This document shows positions 1-12,220 of a stretch of 64,000 nt of DNA, in pieces (within the stretch, counting starts at the first letter, position 1; each line of letters begins with the position of its first letter). The DNA is from Podarcis erhardii (lineage: Eukaryota). The DNA lies in NCBI GenBank assembly GCA_964252035.1, contig OZ176204.1; one strand, 5' to 3'. The notes below the pieces were generated by a model. It had not been told where the DNA came from, searched no databases, and was given only the letters and a program-made list of their open reading frames with translations. A program made the translations under genes and the position numbers.

Positions 1-3000
1 TCCACCATCCTATATTTCACTCAGGATGATTCATTTACAGCACTTTCCTTCTAATCTCATATTCCTATTAATATGCACTCTTAACTACCTCAGCTGTGTA
101 GTTTGCTGAGTTCTCATTATATATGTGCAAGTTTCTGGGATCCTCCATTGTCACACAGTTTGCATCAGCAACAAACACAACCAAAGGCAAGGCTATGTGG
201 ACAGAAAGAGGCTTCATTTTCAACAACTCTCTTTAAATTCTATGGGCCATCATACGTGGACTTTTAATTGACTAGTCCATTGTGAGAGGAGGGGAATTGC
301 TTCCACTGAGAAACTAAGGCTGCAGTCCTAAGATTACTCACTGAGAGTCAGCCCTGTTGAATTCAATAGGACCTACTTCTGATTAGACATGGTCAGTCGT
401 ACACTGTTATAGGGTCAAAAAGACTTGCCTCTGCTGGGTATCACATTTTCCATAGTGTAGCTGCATAGAGGCATAATGTTTCTGCATAATAATATTACTT
501 ATCCCTACTCCCTACAATTTCTTCTGTCTGTCCCTAATAGACACTTTGCAAATTATGAATTACTTGCAGAATGTCCATCATTGTAGTGTGTTCTTTTGTA
601 CGTAGGCAGCAGCTGTATTTTGCAACCCGTTGTCACCCACAATTCTGTATCAGTAGGCACTATTATTGCCAGGGGTGAAAGGTTTTGCCTGCACTGCAAA
701 ACTGGCTAGAAGTCTTAATGTTTTATTTCCCTCCTTCTCAATGAACATCCAATATTTACTTATATAAGAGAAATTAAAGGAAACTACTTGGGGCCCAATA
801 GTGGCTTGAGAGCTAAGCCTGCTGTTGCCTATCTATTCTTGACGGTGTTCCAGACTGTAGACTATTTAGTTTGTCTCACAAAATACAATGAAAGTGTTTT
901 GAGAACTAAAGCTACCCCTCCTTTCCTTTGCCTGTCCCCATCCAGAGTTTTGTTCTCAATGTGACATTAGAATGCCACAGAATCTTGGGAATTGTGGTTT
1001 ATATATAGGTGTTAAAGATCTGTCAAGTTGGAGTAGAGTTCTTTCCTCGCATTTACTACACACAGTCCTTTACTAATTCACCTCTCTCAAACCTTCAGTC
1101 CTTCACAGATCCAATGTGGTGGTGTAAGTTGCTTTTGAAATTGGGCCTTTTGCCCTAACTAAACATGGTGGCACCCCATGTTTTTTTTTGGGGGGGGGGA
1201 GTAAGGAAATTCTTCCTTTTACCTAAACATTTAACTTAACACCTGGAAGCATAGTATTCTTTTCTTCCCTTCCCAAACTTTGTTTTAGGAGAGGGATTGG
1301 AAACCTATTGATTTCCTGAGACTCTTTTCAGGAGGGTTGTCTGGGCAGGTTGTTTCCCAGATGCACAAGAACAAATGCACAAAAACTGGCAACAGCTCTA
1401 CCTTTCAACTAAATAACATGGGGGGCACTTGCTTCCTGGGAAGTTCTGACCAATTAGTGTTCAAGTAAACTGACCTACTTTGGCAACAATCTGTGCTCTC
1501 AATTGCTGGATGAAATTATGATCTTCTACCCATCTTTACTGTAGGAATAGTCTGAATTTTGGAAGCAAAATATGCCAGTATGTGCCTTTGTATACACATC
1601 TGGGGAATGCCAGGCTTTCCATGTATATGGTTATCCATATAGGTAAAAACTACTACAGTACAATTAAAGCCTTGGTGGGCCAGGTGCAATTAATTATCTA
1701 TACACTGTATTTTAGCTAAGTAATCCATACTAGGAATAGGCAAATTTGTCTTTAACTTCTGTTGACAGAGAGACTGGATCAATCCATGGAAGGGTTTTGG
1801 TTCAGCAGAGGGATCCTACTGGTGGATGGGATGAACCAACTTTGCAGATTTCTCCATCACCTGGAGTTCCCAGTGCCACCTCCCACGTTGTTCTCGAGTA
1901 CCCCCCAGTACTCCGGCAGAGTGTAGGCAGTGGCACTGGGGGCTGCAGAGGGAGAGGGAATCTGCACAAGTTACTCTGCTAGAGAAAGTGTTCTCTGATG
2001 TGGGACTCTGCTAGGAGGATGTGCATGTCAACAGGAGTAAAGTCTGGATTCATCTCTGTGTTAATTAGGCTGTTTTCTTTCAAGCTTATCAAATCAGCAG
2101 TGAACCCAGTTAGGAAGTGGGACTGAACCAAGAGATGTGGTGTACAATTCATGCTTTCTGTTTTGGTCAGTATAAGAAAGAAACATGTTTGCCTGCACAA
2201 ACATCCTCCAATGTCCTTGGATCACCAAACAATTCATTGATTTTTTAAAATTATTATTTGCAAATCAAATGGGATTTTGGAAAAAAAATAATTTTTGCCC
2301 AGTGGATTTCTGTTTGAATGACAACCTTCCAGTCCTTTCAATGTAGCAGCCCTCACGATAGGTTTAGCTGGAGGTGCTGACGGTAGCAGCCTGAATCTAA
2401 ACACCTTTACTGGGAAGGAAGTCTGACTGAGTTTAGTGGGATTTCACTTCCCAATATGTGTGCTGTTATTAGTGAGTCATGCGTGGGAGCAGTTGGTGCT
2501 GCCGGCTGCAGAACAAGCAGAGGAGCCATTTTCTTTTGTGATTCATATGCCACATAGGCTGAAGATTTGATGTTAGTATTAATAACTAGCCTGACAGCAG
2601 GCCTAGTACTACCTATGCCTGAAATGCCTGTATACGAGCCCAAATAATGTGATTTTGTTAAAAATGCTTATAGCTACTTATTTCTGCATAACAAGAGTAA
2701 CTGGCAGCACTTCATTCTGTTCACTGTATTGCTAAGCTCTGTGTTTGCCTGTAGACTCCAGATATTTGATTCAACTAATTGGAAATACTTTAAGACCCAA
2801 CAACAGCTCATTTCACTAGCAAAGCTTCCTGTGCTGTGGGTGAGAAGAGGGGGAAGAGCAATACAGGCAGTAGAAAATTCAGGTGGCTATTATTTCAGGT
2901 AGCAAAAAACAACTTCTATGCTCCCCCCCACCCTTCCATCTGCTGCAAGGAGCATAATTTGCATTCAATTCATCGCACAGCAGTATAGAAACTCTATATA

Positions 3001-3649
3001 CTTCTTTCAACATAACATAATACAGGTGGTAAGTCAAGGCTGGATTTCCCTTCCTCACTGCCCTGTCAACTGAGGAGGGAGGGCTCTGCATGATTTTCAT
3101 GCCATGCTGTTACCTTTGGCTAAGGCACCTTGCTGTGACTTTTCCCTTTTATTATAACTTTGTCTTTAATCCTTTAGTTTTACTCACATGCACACACACA
3201 CAATCCTTTTGAAATAGCATTGTGAGGTTTCAGGCATGTAAATAAACTTTAACGTCAAATTTACTCAGCAACACAACACTGAAAACGGTGCTAATTTCCA
3301 GGCCAAGATTTGAATAGTGCATTTTTTCTCTGAGAGAATTCAGTCAACTCTAGCATAGTCCCAGTAATAAGGATTCCATTAGCCACTATTGGCACTGGTT
3401 TCAATTTGTGAAAGAAAGCAGAACTCTGTCCTGTTTGTTCTGCTGCAGTCTTGTCTACTGGTACCCTCATGGATGGATGGATGGATTCTTGCACTTCATC
3501 TAAGGTCCCAGGGTAGGTTAAAACATTTAAAATATTAAAAATGGTTTAAGACAACTTAAAATGACAAAATAAGGTCCATCTTAAGATATACACCTCAAGT
3601 GTCAAAAGTCAGGGTAAAATGATGCCAGACACACCTCTGTGGTGAAGGA

Positions 3650-4320
3650 GTACTTAGGGGCCACCACAGAGAAGATCGTCTCTGAGGCTGTCACACCGCC
3701 CACCAGTTGCAGCACCTGAGATGGTCTATAGCAGGGGTCAGCAAACTTTTTCAGCAGGGGGCCGCTCCACTGTCCCTCAGAACTTGTGGGGGGCTGGACT
3801 ATATTTTTTTGGGGGGGGGGATGATGCAAGAGCACCACAGGCCCCGGTGGCTGCTTACCTGTGTCTTGTGAGCGGCAGGGGCTGGCGGCGACAGGGGGAC
3901 GATGAGCAGCGCGCCAAAGGGCTCCGGAGAGGGGCTGCTTAAAATGGCGGCCGCTCAAGTGCTGCTGCTGCTGCTGGCACCAACAAAGCCCTGCCCCCTT
4001 CCTCTTCTATAGGCAGGGTGGGGAGAAGCCAGGAGGAGGGAGGGAGGGGGCGCCACTGGTGCTGCCATGTAAGGGAGAGGGAGAGAGAGGGAAAGAATGC
4101 ATGCGCTGGCAATCCACGCTGCGATTCCCGACTCCAGAAGGCAATTGGGCCTTATCCGGCCCTCAGGCCTTAGTTTGCCTACCTGTGGTCTATAGGGAAT
4201 GAGGCAGTCTTTCAGAAAATTGGGGCCTGTGTCATTTACAGTTTTAAACACTAACATGAACACATTGAACTGGGCTCGGAAACGGACTGGCAACCATGGC
4301 AGTGGTCAGTTTAAGATCCT
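3650..4320 (-). mobile_element. Old L2 ORF2 3' fragment split by a hAT MITE
   Basis: Translation PVRFRAQFNVFMLVFKTVNDTGPNFLKDCLIPYRP, then across the MITE SQVLQ...IFSVVAP, parallels [26 protein letters not shown]...AFSVVAP of the element at 47886-48260. Confidence 0.75.
3732..4187. mobile_element. Non-autonomous hAT element (MITE)
   Basis: Imperfect TIRs CAGGGGTCAGCAAACT / AGTTTGCCTACCTGTG; perfect 8-bp TSD GTCTATAG at 3724-3731 and 4188-4195. Confidence 0.85.
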
Positions 4321-7300
4321 ATTCTATTGAAAAGTAAGTAGATACTGGTGTTGGAGGGTGGGGCTGTGGCTGTGTGTGTACAGTACAGGAAGCCCCCGTT
4401 TACATACGTTCAATATGTGCACCACTGAGCATTGCGGCACACCCAGTAGTGACCCAGAAACACATATTTTTGCCATTTTGTCACCCCCCTCAGTGATGAC
4501 ACTCGGGGCGGACCACACCCACTGCACCCCCTTCCTATGCCACTGCACTGATGGTGCCTTTTGTCTAGTGTGGGTAGCCTTAATCATGAGAGATAACTCA
4601 AGGCATTTGTAGGAGTCCTCAACTTTTATTTGTCAAGGGGCATGTTTGGAAATTGAATAAACTGTTGTAGCCACTATAAAGTGCCAGTTTCACACAAGAA
4701 AAAACTGGAGATGCTGTGAATCCCCCTTCCCAAAAACACAGACTTGGTGTACCCCAAGCAAATAAAGCACAGGAAAAAACACAGTCAACATTCTCCAAGA
4801 AGCTAAAAAACTAAATTTAAAAAAATTAAGAGGGCAGGAGGATTGGGGGGCACCAAGTCAGGTGCCTGAGAGTGCTGTATTGCCCATTGTTTTGCACTGA
4901 GAACCCCAGATTATACCCTTAGCTACCGTATGATTTTATTTATTTGTATTTCTTATCTGCTTTGTTTGCCATAGTTCTAGGCTGGGTTATAATAAGTAAT
5001 ATGAGGCTAGCATATAAATCTATATAAATAACAAATGCTTTACTCACATAACAGCAATTCATTATGTTATCCATATATTTATCTTCTCTTAAAAACTTCT
5101 GTTTGCACATGATACAGGCATCATGTGATGTTTTAAAGATGCTCATCCATTTTCTAATGATTGGTTGACATCCTCACCTGAAGTTTTTAAGATAACTCAG
5201 TGGATTTGATGTATGAACTTGTGCTAAGCGAATGAATGGTATCTTCTGTTCATAGAGTGTAGTAAAATCGAGACTTATATAAACCTGTACAGTACTAACC
5301 TTTTAATGTAGTAGAAGTGGCCTTGGGTCAGGTATCCCTCTGTAGCTTGGGGCTTCTATTCCTAGCTACAGAGATCATTCTCAGAGCCCTGGAATTGTTA
5401 GATTAGAAGATTCTTTTTCCTGGGTTTGGGTTTCATGTTTAAAGTCTTTCATCAGTTCATAAGTTTGGAAGCTCTTATTTGTGTTTTTATTTTATAAAGG
5501 TGGCCGTGGTGGCTGCCACGACGCCCAGCTGTTAAGTGAGTGAGTGGTGTTTGTACTATCAGCGGCAGGAACACCATGCATTCACCCGGGGTGGGGGGGA
5601 GAGAAAGAAAAGCTCCCCAACGTCCTTGATAATCAGAAAAATTAGCAAGGACCATTGTGAAAAGCCCTTGAAATGAAAGCAGTACGTGGGTTAATGTTTC
5701 AGCATGATAAATCTCCCCTGGTTTAAAAGGGATGGACTGGATGATAACGTTTTTCAATTAGCCACAAGAAGGTTGTTAGATGCGTCACAGCTGGTGATTA
5801 AAATGTTGTATGGGGGAAAGTGGGTGGGTGAGGGTGGGTGGGTGGGTGGGAAGGAGAGCAGAACGCTCTGGAAAGAAATAAAATGCACAGATCAGGTACC
5901 CTTGATATAGGTTGCAGAGGCTTCTTTACCTAACTTGATTGGATTCAGATAGTGAAGAAGGTTGCTTTTAAAAAATGTATAGTACTTCCAAAATTCCATA
6001 CTCTGAAGGGCTAAAATTCTGCCTTGCTCTCCCATATAGAGTATATTAATCCAAAAGACATCATCAAAAACAAAGAAAATCAAGGGACTTGTAGGTTTGA
6101 TTGCCTATGTATTTGGCTTTTTTAGAATTGTGTACAAAATCTACCCCTCCTCTTTACAAGCCCCTTGATTCATAAACTATTTTTTTTCTGGCTCAGATTT
6201 CCCTGTGTGTTCAGAGTAGACTAATTTCTACCAACCACCCTGCATTGGGTGACAAATGGGTGGAAGCACAAGACTTGTTCCAGATTATAGCCAATGCTTT
6301 TGTTGTTCTGATTCATAAACTAGCCAGCCTGAAACAACACAGGCAACACAAACTGGCCTTAGTTTTGTTTGTTGGTTGCATTTTCTGCATGAAAAAAACC
6401 ACATTGATGGAAAATTTTATTCAGTTTGAAGTGGGTCTCCCCCTTTTTAAAAAATAATCAGCAAGAGATTCAGGAATAAAAGACATTATTGGTGTTCTGA
6501 AAATGCATTTAAGGGTGAAACTAGTGTGTTTTTCTTCTTCCTCAGCCCATCCAGGTGTGGGTTGCAGTTTTTCAAACTAACCACCTGTGTTTTTTGGGTT
6601 GCTATGAGGAGGTCTGGACCACTGTTCATAAGGGGTGTTTATGCACAGAGGTGATGTGTCACTTCTTCACTGACCTTTCTAAAGCCTCTGCAGCCCAGGC
6701 TCAAAACCATGTCCATCTTGTCCATTCAAACTCCTTGGTTTTTGTTGCCCCCTCAGTCTGAAGGGGAGAGGAAGTTCTGCTACAGCTGGGTGCTGGGACT
6801 TCTGCTGCTGATAATCTGTTTTGTGAGTTGGCTGCTGAAAAGCATAAGGGAGAGGGAGAGAACAGTCTCCCTCTTGATGTATATAAAAAAAAACCAGGGC
6901 TGGGTTTTATAAGTTTATAGCTATGTCTTTTTTTTTTACAGAGCTATAATCGTGGTGCTTAGAGTGATCTGAAAGGAACAGAAACACTTAGCCTTGAACT
7001 TTTGTTCTGCTTCTTCTTCTTGTGCCTCTGAGGTACAAAACATACCTGTAAACTTATACTCTGTCAAACTGATTTACCAGGAGGCTAAATGGAGATGGAA
7101 AGGAAACTTGGGAGGCAGTGGGTGATTAATTGGGTCACACGCACCCCTCTTATTTGGATATACAGCAGCTCAGTTAGATGGATTCCAAACAGTCTGTTCT
7201 GTAGCTGGGGAACATGGATCCTTTTTGGTCATATTAAGGAAGTGGGAAATAGGGGGGTGTTTTGTGTGTTAAGTAGAAGATTTTGGTGGTTATACAAATA

Positions 7301-8759
7301 GGGGCCAAACTGAATGGCCTGAACTTCAAGAACTACATTTCTCAGGTAAACCCTCCAAATCCCTACAAATTGAAGATTACTGTTGTTTGCTATTGTAGCT
7401 AATCTCCTGCCCCCACCCTAAAAATCACCAGCATTGCTCAGAAATTTTAAAATGTTCTTTAGCAGCCTGTGTGCATCCTTCAGAAGAAAACAAACAACAA
7501 CAACAAACAGACTGTATATGTGCATGTAGGGATTTGTGCACACATACTAATTGAGAACAGAACACCAGCCAGTGACAGCTCTGTGCAAATAGACATGTTT
7601 CAGCATCCAGCTATGCAAATAGCTGCACTGCAGAGCAAAATCTGAAAAGCATTAATTGTGGCACTGTGACTGTTGCATGGCAACAGTTGTGTTTGAACAA
7701 ATGACAGCTACTGCCCCTTGATTTCTCTCTCTCGTACTTAGTGACAAACTGGAATAAGAAGCAATGATGGCTGCCCTGGGGAAAGCTGTGGCAGGTGCTA
7801 TAAGAGCCCCAAAGTCAGGAGGCAGAGAGGTGAAATCTGTTGCGGGTGACCTTCAGGCTCTTAAAATTATGTGCACAACAGAAGAGGAACAGAGCTCCTT
7901 GATGAATTGGGGGGGGGCTTTATGGGGGCTAAGATGTGTCAGATCAACAAGGTAAAGTAATAAAAAAGGATAGCAAAAATAAACTACCCTCAATTTCTAA
8001 TGAAAGATGTGTTTATACTGGGATTTTTAAAAGTTCGTATTTTTAAAAAATGTGCAGGAAAATCTATGCAAGCTGGAGGCTCTCAAGAGTTTTGGAAAAG
8101 TGGATCCTGCAAAGAGTTACTTTATCTGCAAACAAGCATATGCAACAACCACCATTTTGGATGTTCTTTTGTTCTTACATAAATGGGAGTTCTTCTGCAG
8201 TGTGTGAGCTTGGCTGATCAAGATCCAGATTTGACATCCCTACATGCATCAAGGCTTGCCAGGCGACAACCATGTGAATCCTTTTGTTACTTTAATATTG
8301 CTGCAGCTCTGAAGGAGGATGCAGCTTCAGTTTCCACACTCACACTTCCCCCACCTGCTGCAGCCAGAGAAACTCTTGTTTTGACACACAGCAGTTGGGG
8401 GTGGAGGGTGCGTAAGAGGCCTAGGAGGAGAAACAGGAAAAGCCACAGCTGAATCCTGTTTAATGGCTGTGGCTCTACCCAAGAGATGAGAAGGTTCTGC
8501 AAGTTGTGACCTAGCGGGGAACCCTACCTGTATCCTAATTGTTGCTAAGAAACCTTTTGACTGCAGTGTCTGGACCAGACTCAGTGAAATGTCATGAGTA
8601 CATCCCTTGTTCATTTTAAAAACTAACTATTAAATGATCTTGAGGTGCTGCTAGACTGTTGCTATTTTCAGGTGGGGTTCAGTCACATACTGCCAAATCA
8701 AGGAGCACAAATGTGGTTGATTTGATGCTCTTGTACATCAGATTACTTAATCTTGTTTT

Positions 8760-8844
8760 TAAGTTGTATTTTAATCAATTGTTTTTACCTGGTGTTAGCC
8801 ACCCTGAGCCTGGTCTTGGCTGGGGAGGGCAGGGCATAAATAAA

Positions 8845-8888
<44 letters not shown>
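8760..8888 (+). mobile_element. LINE (L2-like) 3' end with (TTA)14 tail
   Basis: GTTAGCCACCCTGAG...GGGAGGGCAGGGCATAAATAAAATT then (TTA)14 at 8847-8888; same tail architecture as the L2 at 47787. Confidence 0.7.
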
Positions 8889-8891
<3 letters not shown>

Positions 8892-10306
8892 GTGTTTTCC
8901 ACAAAACTAGACATTTTGTGATGAGGAAAGTACTGTGAAAATGGGGGGTAACAATTGCTTGATGTAAAATTGTGTAAACTCCCTTTAAACAAATCAGAAT
9001 GATGTTGTCTAACCTCCTTGCAAGCTTTTTGCTAACAAAAAATAGGATAAATGCTCAATAAACAGGTCTAAGAAGTGACCTTAATAAGCACAGTTCACCT
9101 TTTATTTGGCCTCTTGAGACTGCAATCCTAAGCATACTTACTTGGAAGCAAGTTCCTTTAAAATCAACGTGACTCTCAGTTAAATATGCTGGTGTGTTGG
9201 TCCTTTAAGTTTCCAGTATTCTTCTAGTTAATTTAACAAACGAAAGAAAGCCCAACAGTGATTGAACAGAACCCAGGAGAATGCTGTTGAGAAGCCATAC
9301 TCTATCCAGGATCTTTATAGCCCAGTTTAAGTACTTAAATATGGCTGCTGTCCTGACAACTGCTCATGCTGGCTGAAGTTGATGGGAGTTATAGTTCAAC
9401 AACAGGTACCACGTTGGTTACCCTTGCTTTGGACTGTGACAGGGTTTCAGTTAGGCCGAGGTTCTATCATTTTAGCTTACTGACGATAGTTGTTAAGTTT
9501 GCCTGACTTTCTCAAGGATAGTTCAAATAACCAAATGGAAAGCTTGGTTTACATTATTAGTTTGGTCACTTTTTCCATTGATTCTTTCTTCAGTTTCTGT
9601 GGAACTGCTTGATTGACATCATAATTGAATGGTGATTTGACATCTCAGTATAATTAGTAAACGAGATTGAAAAAAACCTGTTTTCTAGGATGATGTCCTA
9701 TGCATGCATTTGAATATGTATTGGACAGAACAATTATATATTTACTTAAGATACTTAATTCCATTCTGATTCAGAGATTGGCAAACACTGTTTATGAATG
9801 AGCTGGAAAGGAAGTTTCCATGGATTATGTGGGCTTGCAAAATATTCAGATATGAGGTTTATGTACCCAACAATTAGAGCTCAGGTTAAGAGAAGCTACA
9901 AAAAAGAGTATAAAGTTCTACTTCAGGCAATCTGAGCTCTAGTTGTCTCATGTGGCAAACCTGTGTTTGGACTGTACCACTTCAGTAAATGGTTAGAGAT
10001 TTAAAGTGATTGAATGCTATTCCATTCAAAAGAAATACACATAGAAAACTAACATGTTAGAGAGAAAGGCAAGGATGCTTCTCCTAGCCATCTAGTTTTC
10101 TATGCATTTTTTCAAATGGAAGAGCATTCAATCTTGTTGAGCCCCTAACAGAAATCTGCAATGGTACAGCTGAGAAACAGGAGTATTCCCTCATTTGTGA
10201 GAGGTAGGCCTGAGCAATCCTGATAAGAAACTAATGTGAATGCTTTTTCGTTGGAATCAGTAGCCAGCTTCTATTAGTGGCTCCGTTCAGACATGGTTTG
10301 GTACTA

Positions 10307-10546
10307 TAGTCAAACCTCGGATCCTGAACACCTCCATTTTGGAATGTTTTGGCTCCTGAACACCGAAAACCCAGAAGTAAATGCTCTTTTTTTTAACGTT
10401 TTTCGGAAGCCAAACATCCGGTGCGGCTTCCGCTTGAGTGCAGGAAGCTCCTGCAACCAATCGGAAGCTGCGCCTTGGTTGTTGAATATTTCAGAAGCCA
10501 AACGGGCTTCCGGAACGGATTGCATTCGACAAACGGGGTTTGACTA
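10307..10546. mobile_element. Tc1/mariner-type MITE
   Basis: TIRs TAGTCAAACCTCG / CGGGGTTTGACTA flanked by TA on both sides. Confidence 0.8.
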
Positions 10547-10847
10547 TATTTGAACAAGCTTTGTGTTGACACACAACTCTATTTCCTCCCATACTCAGGT
10601 TCAGTTAGTTTCCTTCTCTTTAGCACACACAATTGTCCCATAGCTCTCCTCTGTTCAGATGCCATTTCATCAGAGCACAAACTATGGCTTCTGTGCTTGC
10701 TCTCCAAGATTGCACACTATGGTTCAAAACTTGTTTGTATTCCTGCTTGGAGGATTGGTGTGAACCACAGTTTGCCAGATTAGATGTGATGCAAACTGTG
10801 ATTTGTCCTAAAGAGGAAGTAACTAACTGAAGTGGGGCACAAGGAGG

Positions 10848-10994
10848 CAGTGGCGTAGCGTGGGGGGTGCAGGGGGGGGCCGGCCGCACCGGGCGCAACA
10901 TCTGGGGGTTAGGGTTAGGGGCGCAAATCCACGGGTTAGGGGGCGCAAATTACTTGCCTTGCCCCAGGTGCTGACAACCCATGCTACGCCGCTG
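10848..10994. mobile_element. hAT-type MITE containing TTAGGG units
   Basis: TIRs CAGTGGCGTAGCGTGG / CCATGCTACGCCGCTG; perfect 8-bp TSD CAAGGAGG at 10840-10847 and 10995-11002. Confidence 0.85.
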
Positions 10995-11699
10995 CAAGGA
11001 GGAGGAAAACATGAGCACAAGGCCTTGTCACCTAGCTTGCCATTAACATATGAACCGCTTCAGTAGTGCCCCTCCTGAGTTCAATAATGAGTGAGAGTGA
11101 ATAATTTTTCATGCACTTCCCAAAGACAGAAAGGTTGATCGTTTTATTCAGTAGCTGTCAAGAGATAATACTGCTCACTCTCTAGGATGATGTATCTTCT
11201 CTACCAGCAGCCTAGCCACTGGATTATATAAATTATATATAAATCAGAACCTGGCTACCTACTTTGGGGGCAGGAGGGAAAAGATTGATAGGGATGTTTA
11301 TTGATGCTTTGCTGTTCTCAAACACTCCAGCTGCCATCCCCCAGCCCCTTGCTATCCTCAGGGCTGCCACCTCCTTACACACCTGTTGAGTTAATTATTA
11401 TTCAAAACAGCTCTTTCAGATCTTCATGTTTATGGAATTGTGGTGGCTGATGCGGAGAGGGCAAATGCTATTGTCTATAGGTTGGCTATTCAGTCTAAGT
11501 ATGTTAAGGATCTTGTATATATAGCTGTTATAAAGACTATTCATTGTTGGGTGTCTGTCTCTTCCTAAACTCCTGCCCCTGTGAAGCTGTTGAGGACTTG
11601 CACCAAATTTGGGAAAATAATATTTATTTTATCACTTACAGAGATATTTGGCCTTCCCTTCGGCCAGATTCCCAGAGCAGTGATGGCAGTCTGTTCATT

Positions 11700-11886
11700 G
11701 CCTGAAATGGGGAAATGTCTGCAGGGAAATGGAAGCTCCTGCAGCCAATCAGAAGCCGTGGAAGCCCCGTCAGACATTTGGTTTCCAAAAATAGTTTGCA
11801 AACCAGAACAGTCACTTCTGGGTTTGCGACATTCGGGAGCCGAAAATGTTCGACTCACAAGACGTTCGAAAGCCAAGATATGACTG
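11700..11886. mobile_element. Partial Tc1/mariner MITE related to 10307-10546
   Basis: Shares the core GGAAGCTCCTGCA.CCAATC.GAAGC; ends AAGATATGACTG followed by TA; left end not identified. Confidence 0.5.
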
Positions 11887-12220
11887 TAGTTGTTTTCCAG
11901 CTTGTTCAGATTGGTTTCCCCTAGAACCAATCTTTCTAAGGGACAAAAGTGAAGGGATAAAGCAGGGTTTGTCCCAATAACTTTTCAGTGTTTAATATAC
12001 TGAGGCTATAGGTGAGCCATGAGGAGGCAAGGGAGAAATGACAAACATAATCTTGAGCTTTTGCTTTAGTTGCCTGCTCATTTTAGGTAGACAATTGGAG
12101 CTGCCATCTTCGTAGAGCATGCAGTGTAGGGGAGCAGAAAGAGAGAGAGTTGTGAAGATTTTCAGTGTAAAGTGATTTGCTACCCAACTTTACTGATTCT
12201 TTCTCTCTCCCTCTCTCTAG

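Noticed and set aside
6245-6912. Cluster of short ORFs as a possible transposase or retroelement remnant
   Set aside because: No diagnostic motif in any frame that I could recognise.
8659-8992. Poly-Tyr and poly-Asn ORFs (also poly-Ser/Ile at 53582-53803)
   Set aside because: Translations of trinucleotide microsatellites.
1-12176. LCOR HTH-isoform exon or its 3' UTR
   Set aside because: No HTH/psq or N-terminal LCOR coding sequence is visible; AT-rich stretches with AATAAA (3241, 4656) could be UTR but cannot be assigned from sequence alone.
12177-12220. TTG start of the 1577-aa ORF
   Set aside because: These bases are the branch point, pyrimidine tract and AG of the intron; homology to PALI1 begins at 12221 and the true ATG is in an upstream exon outside the window.
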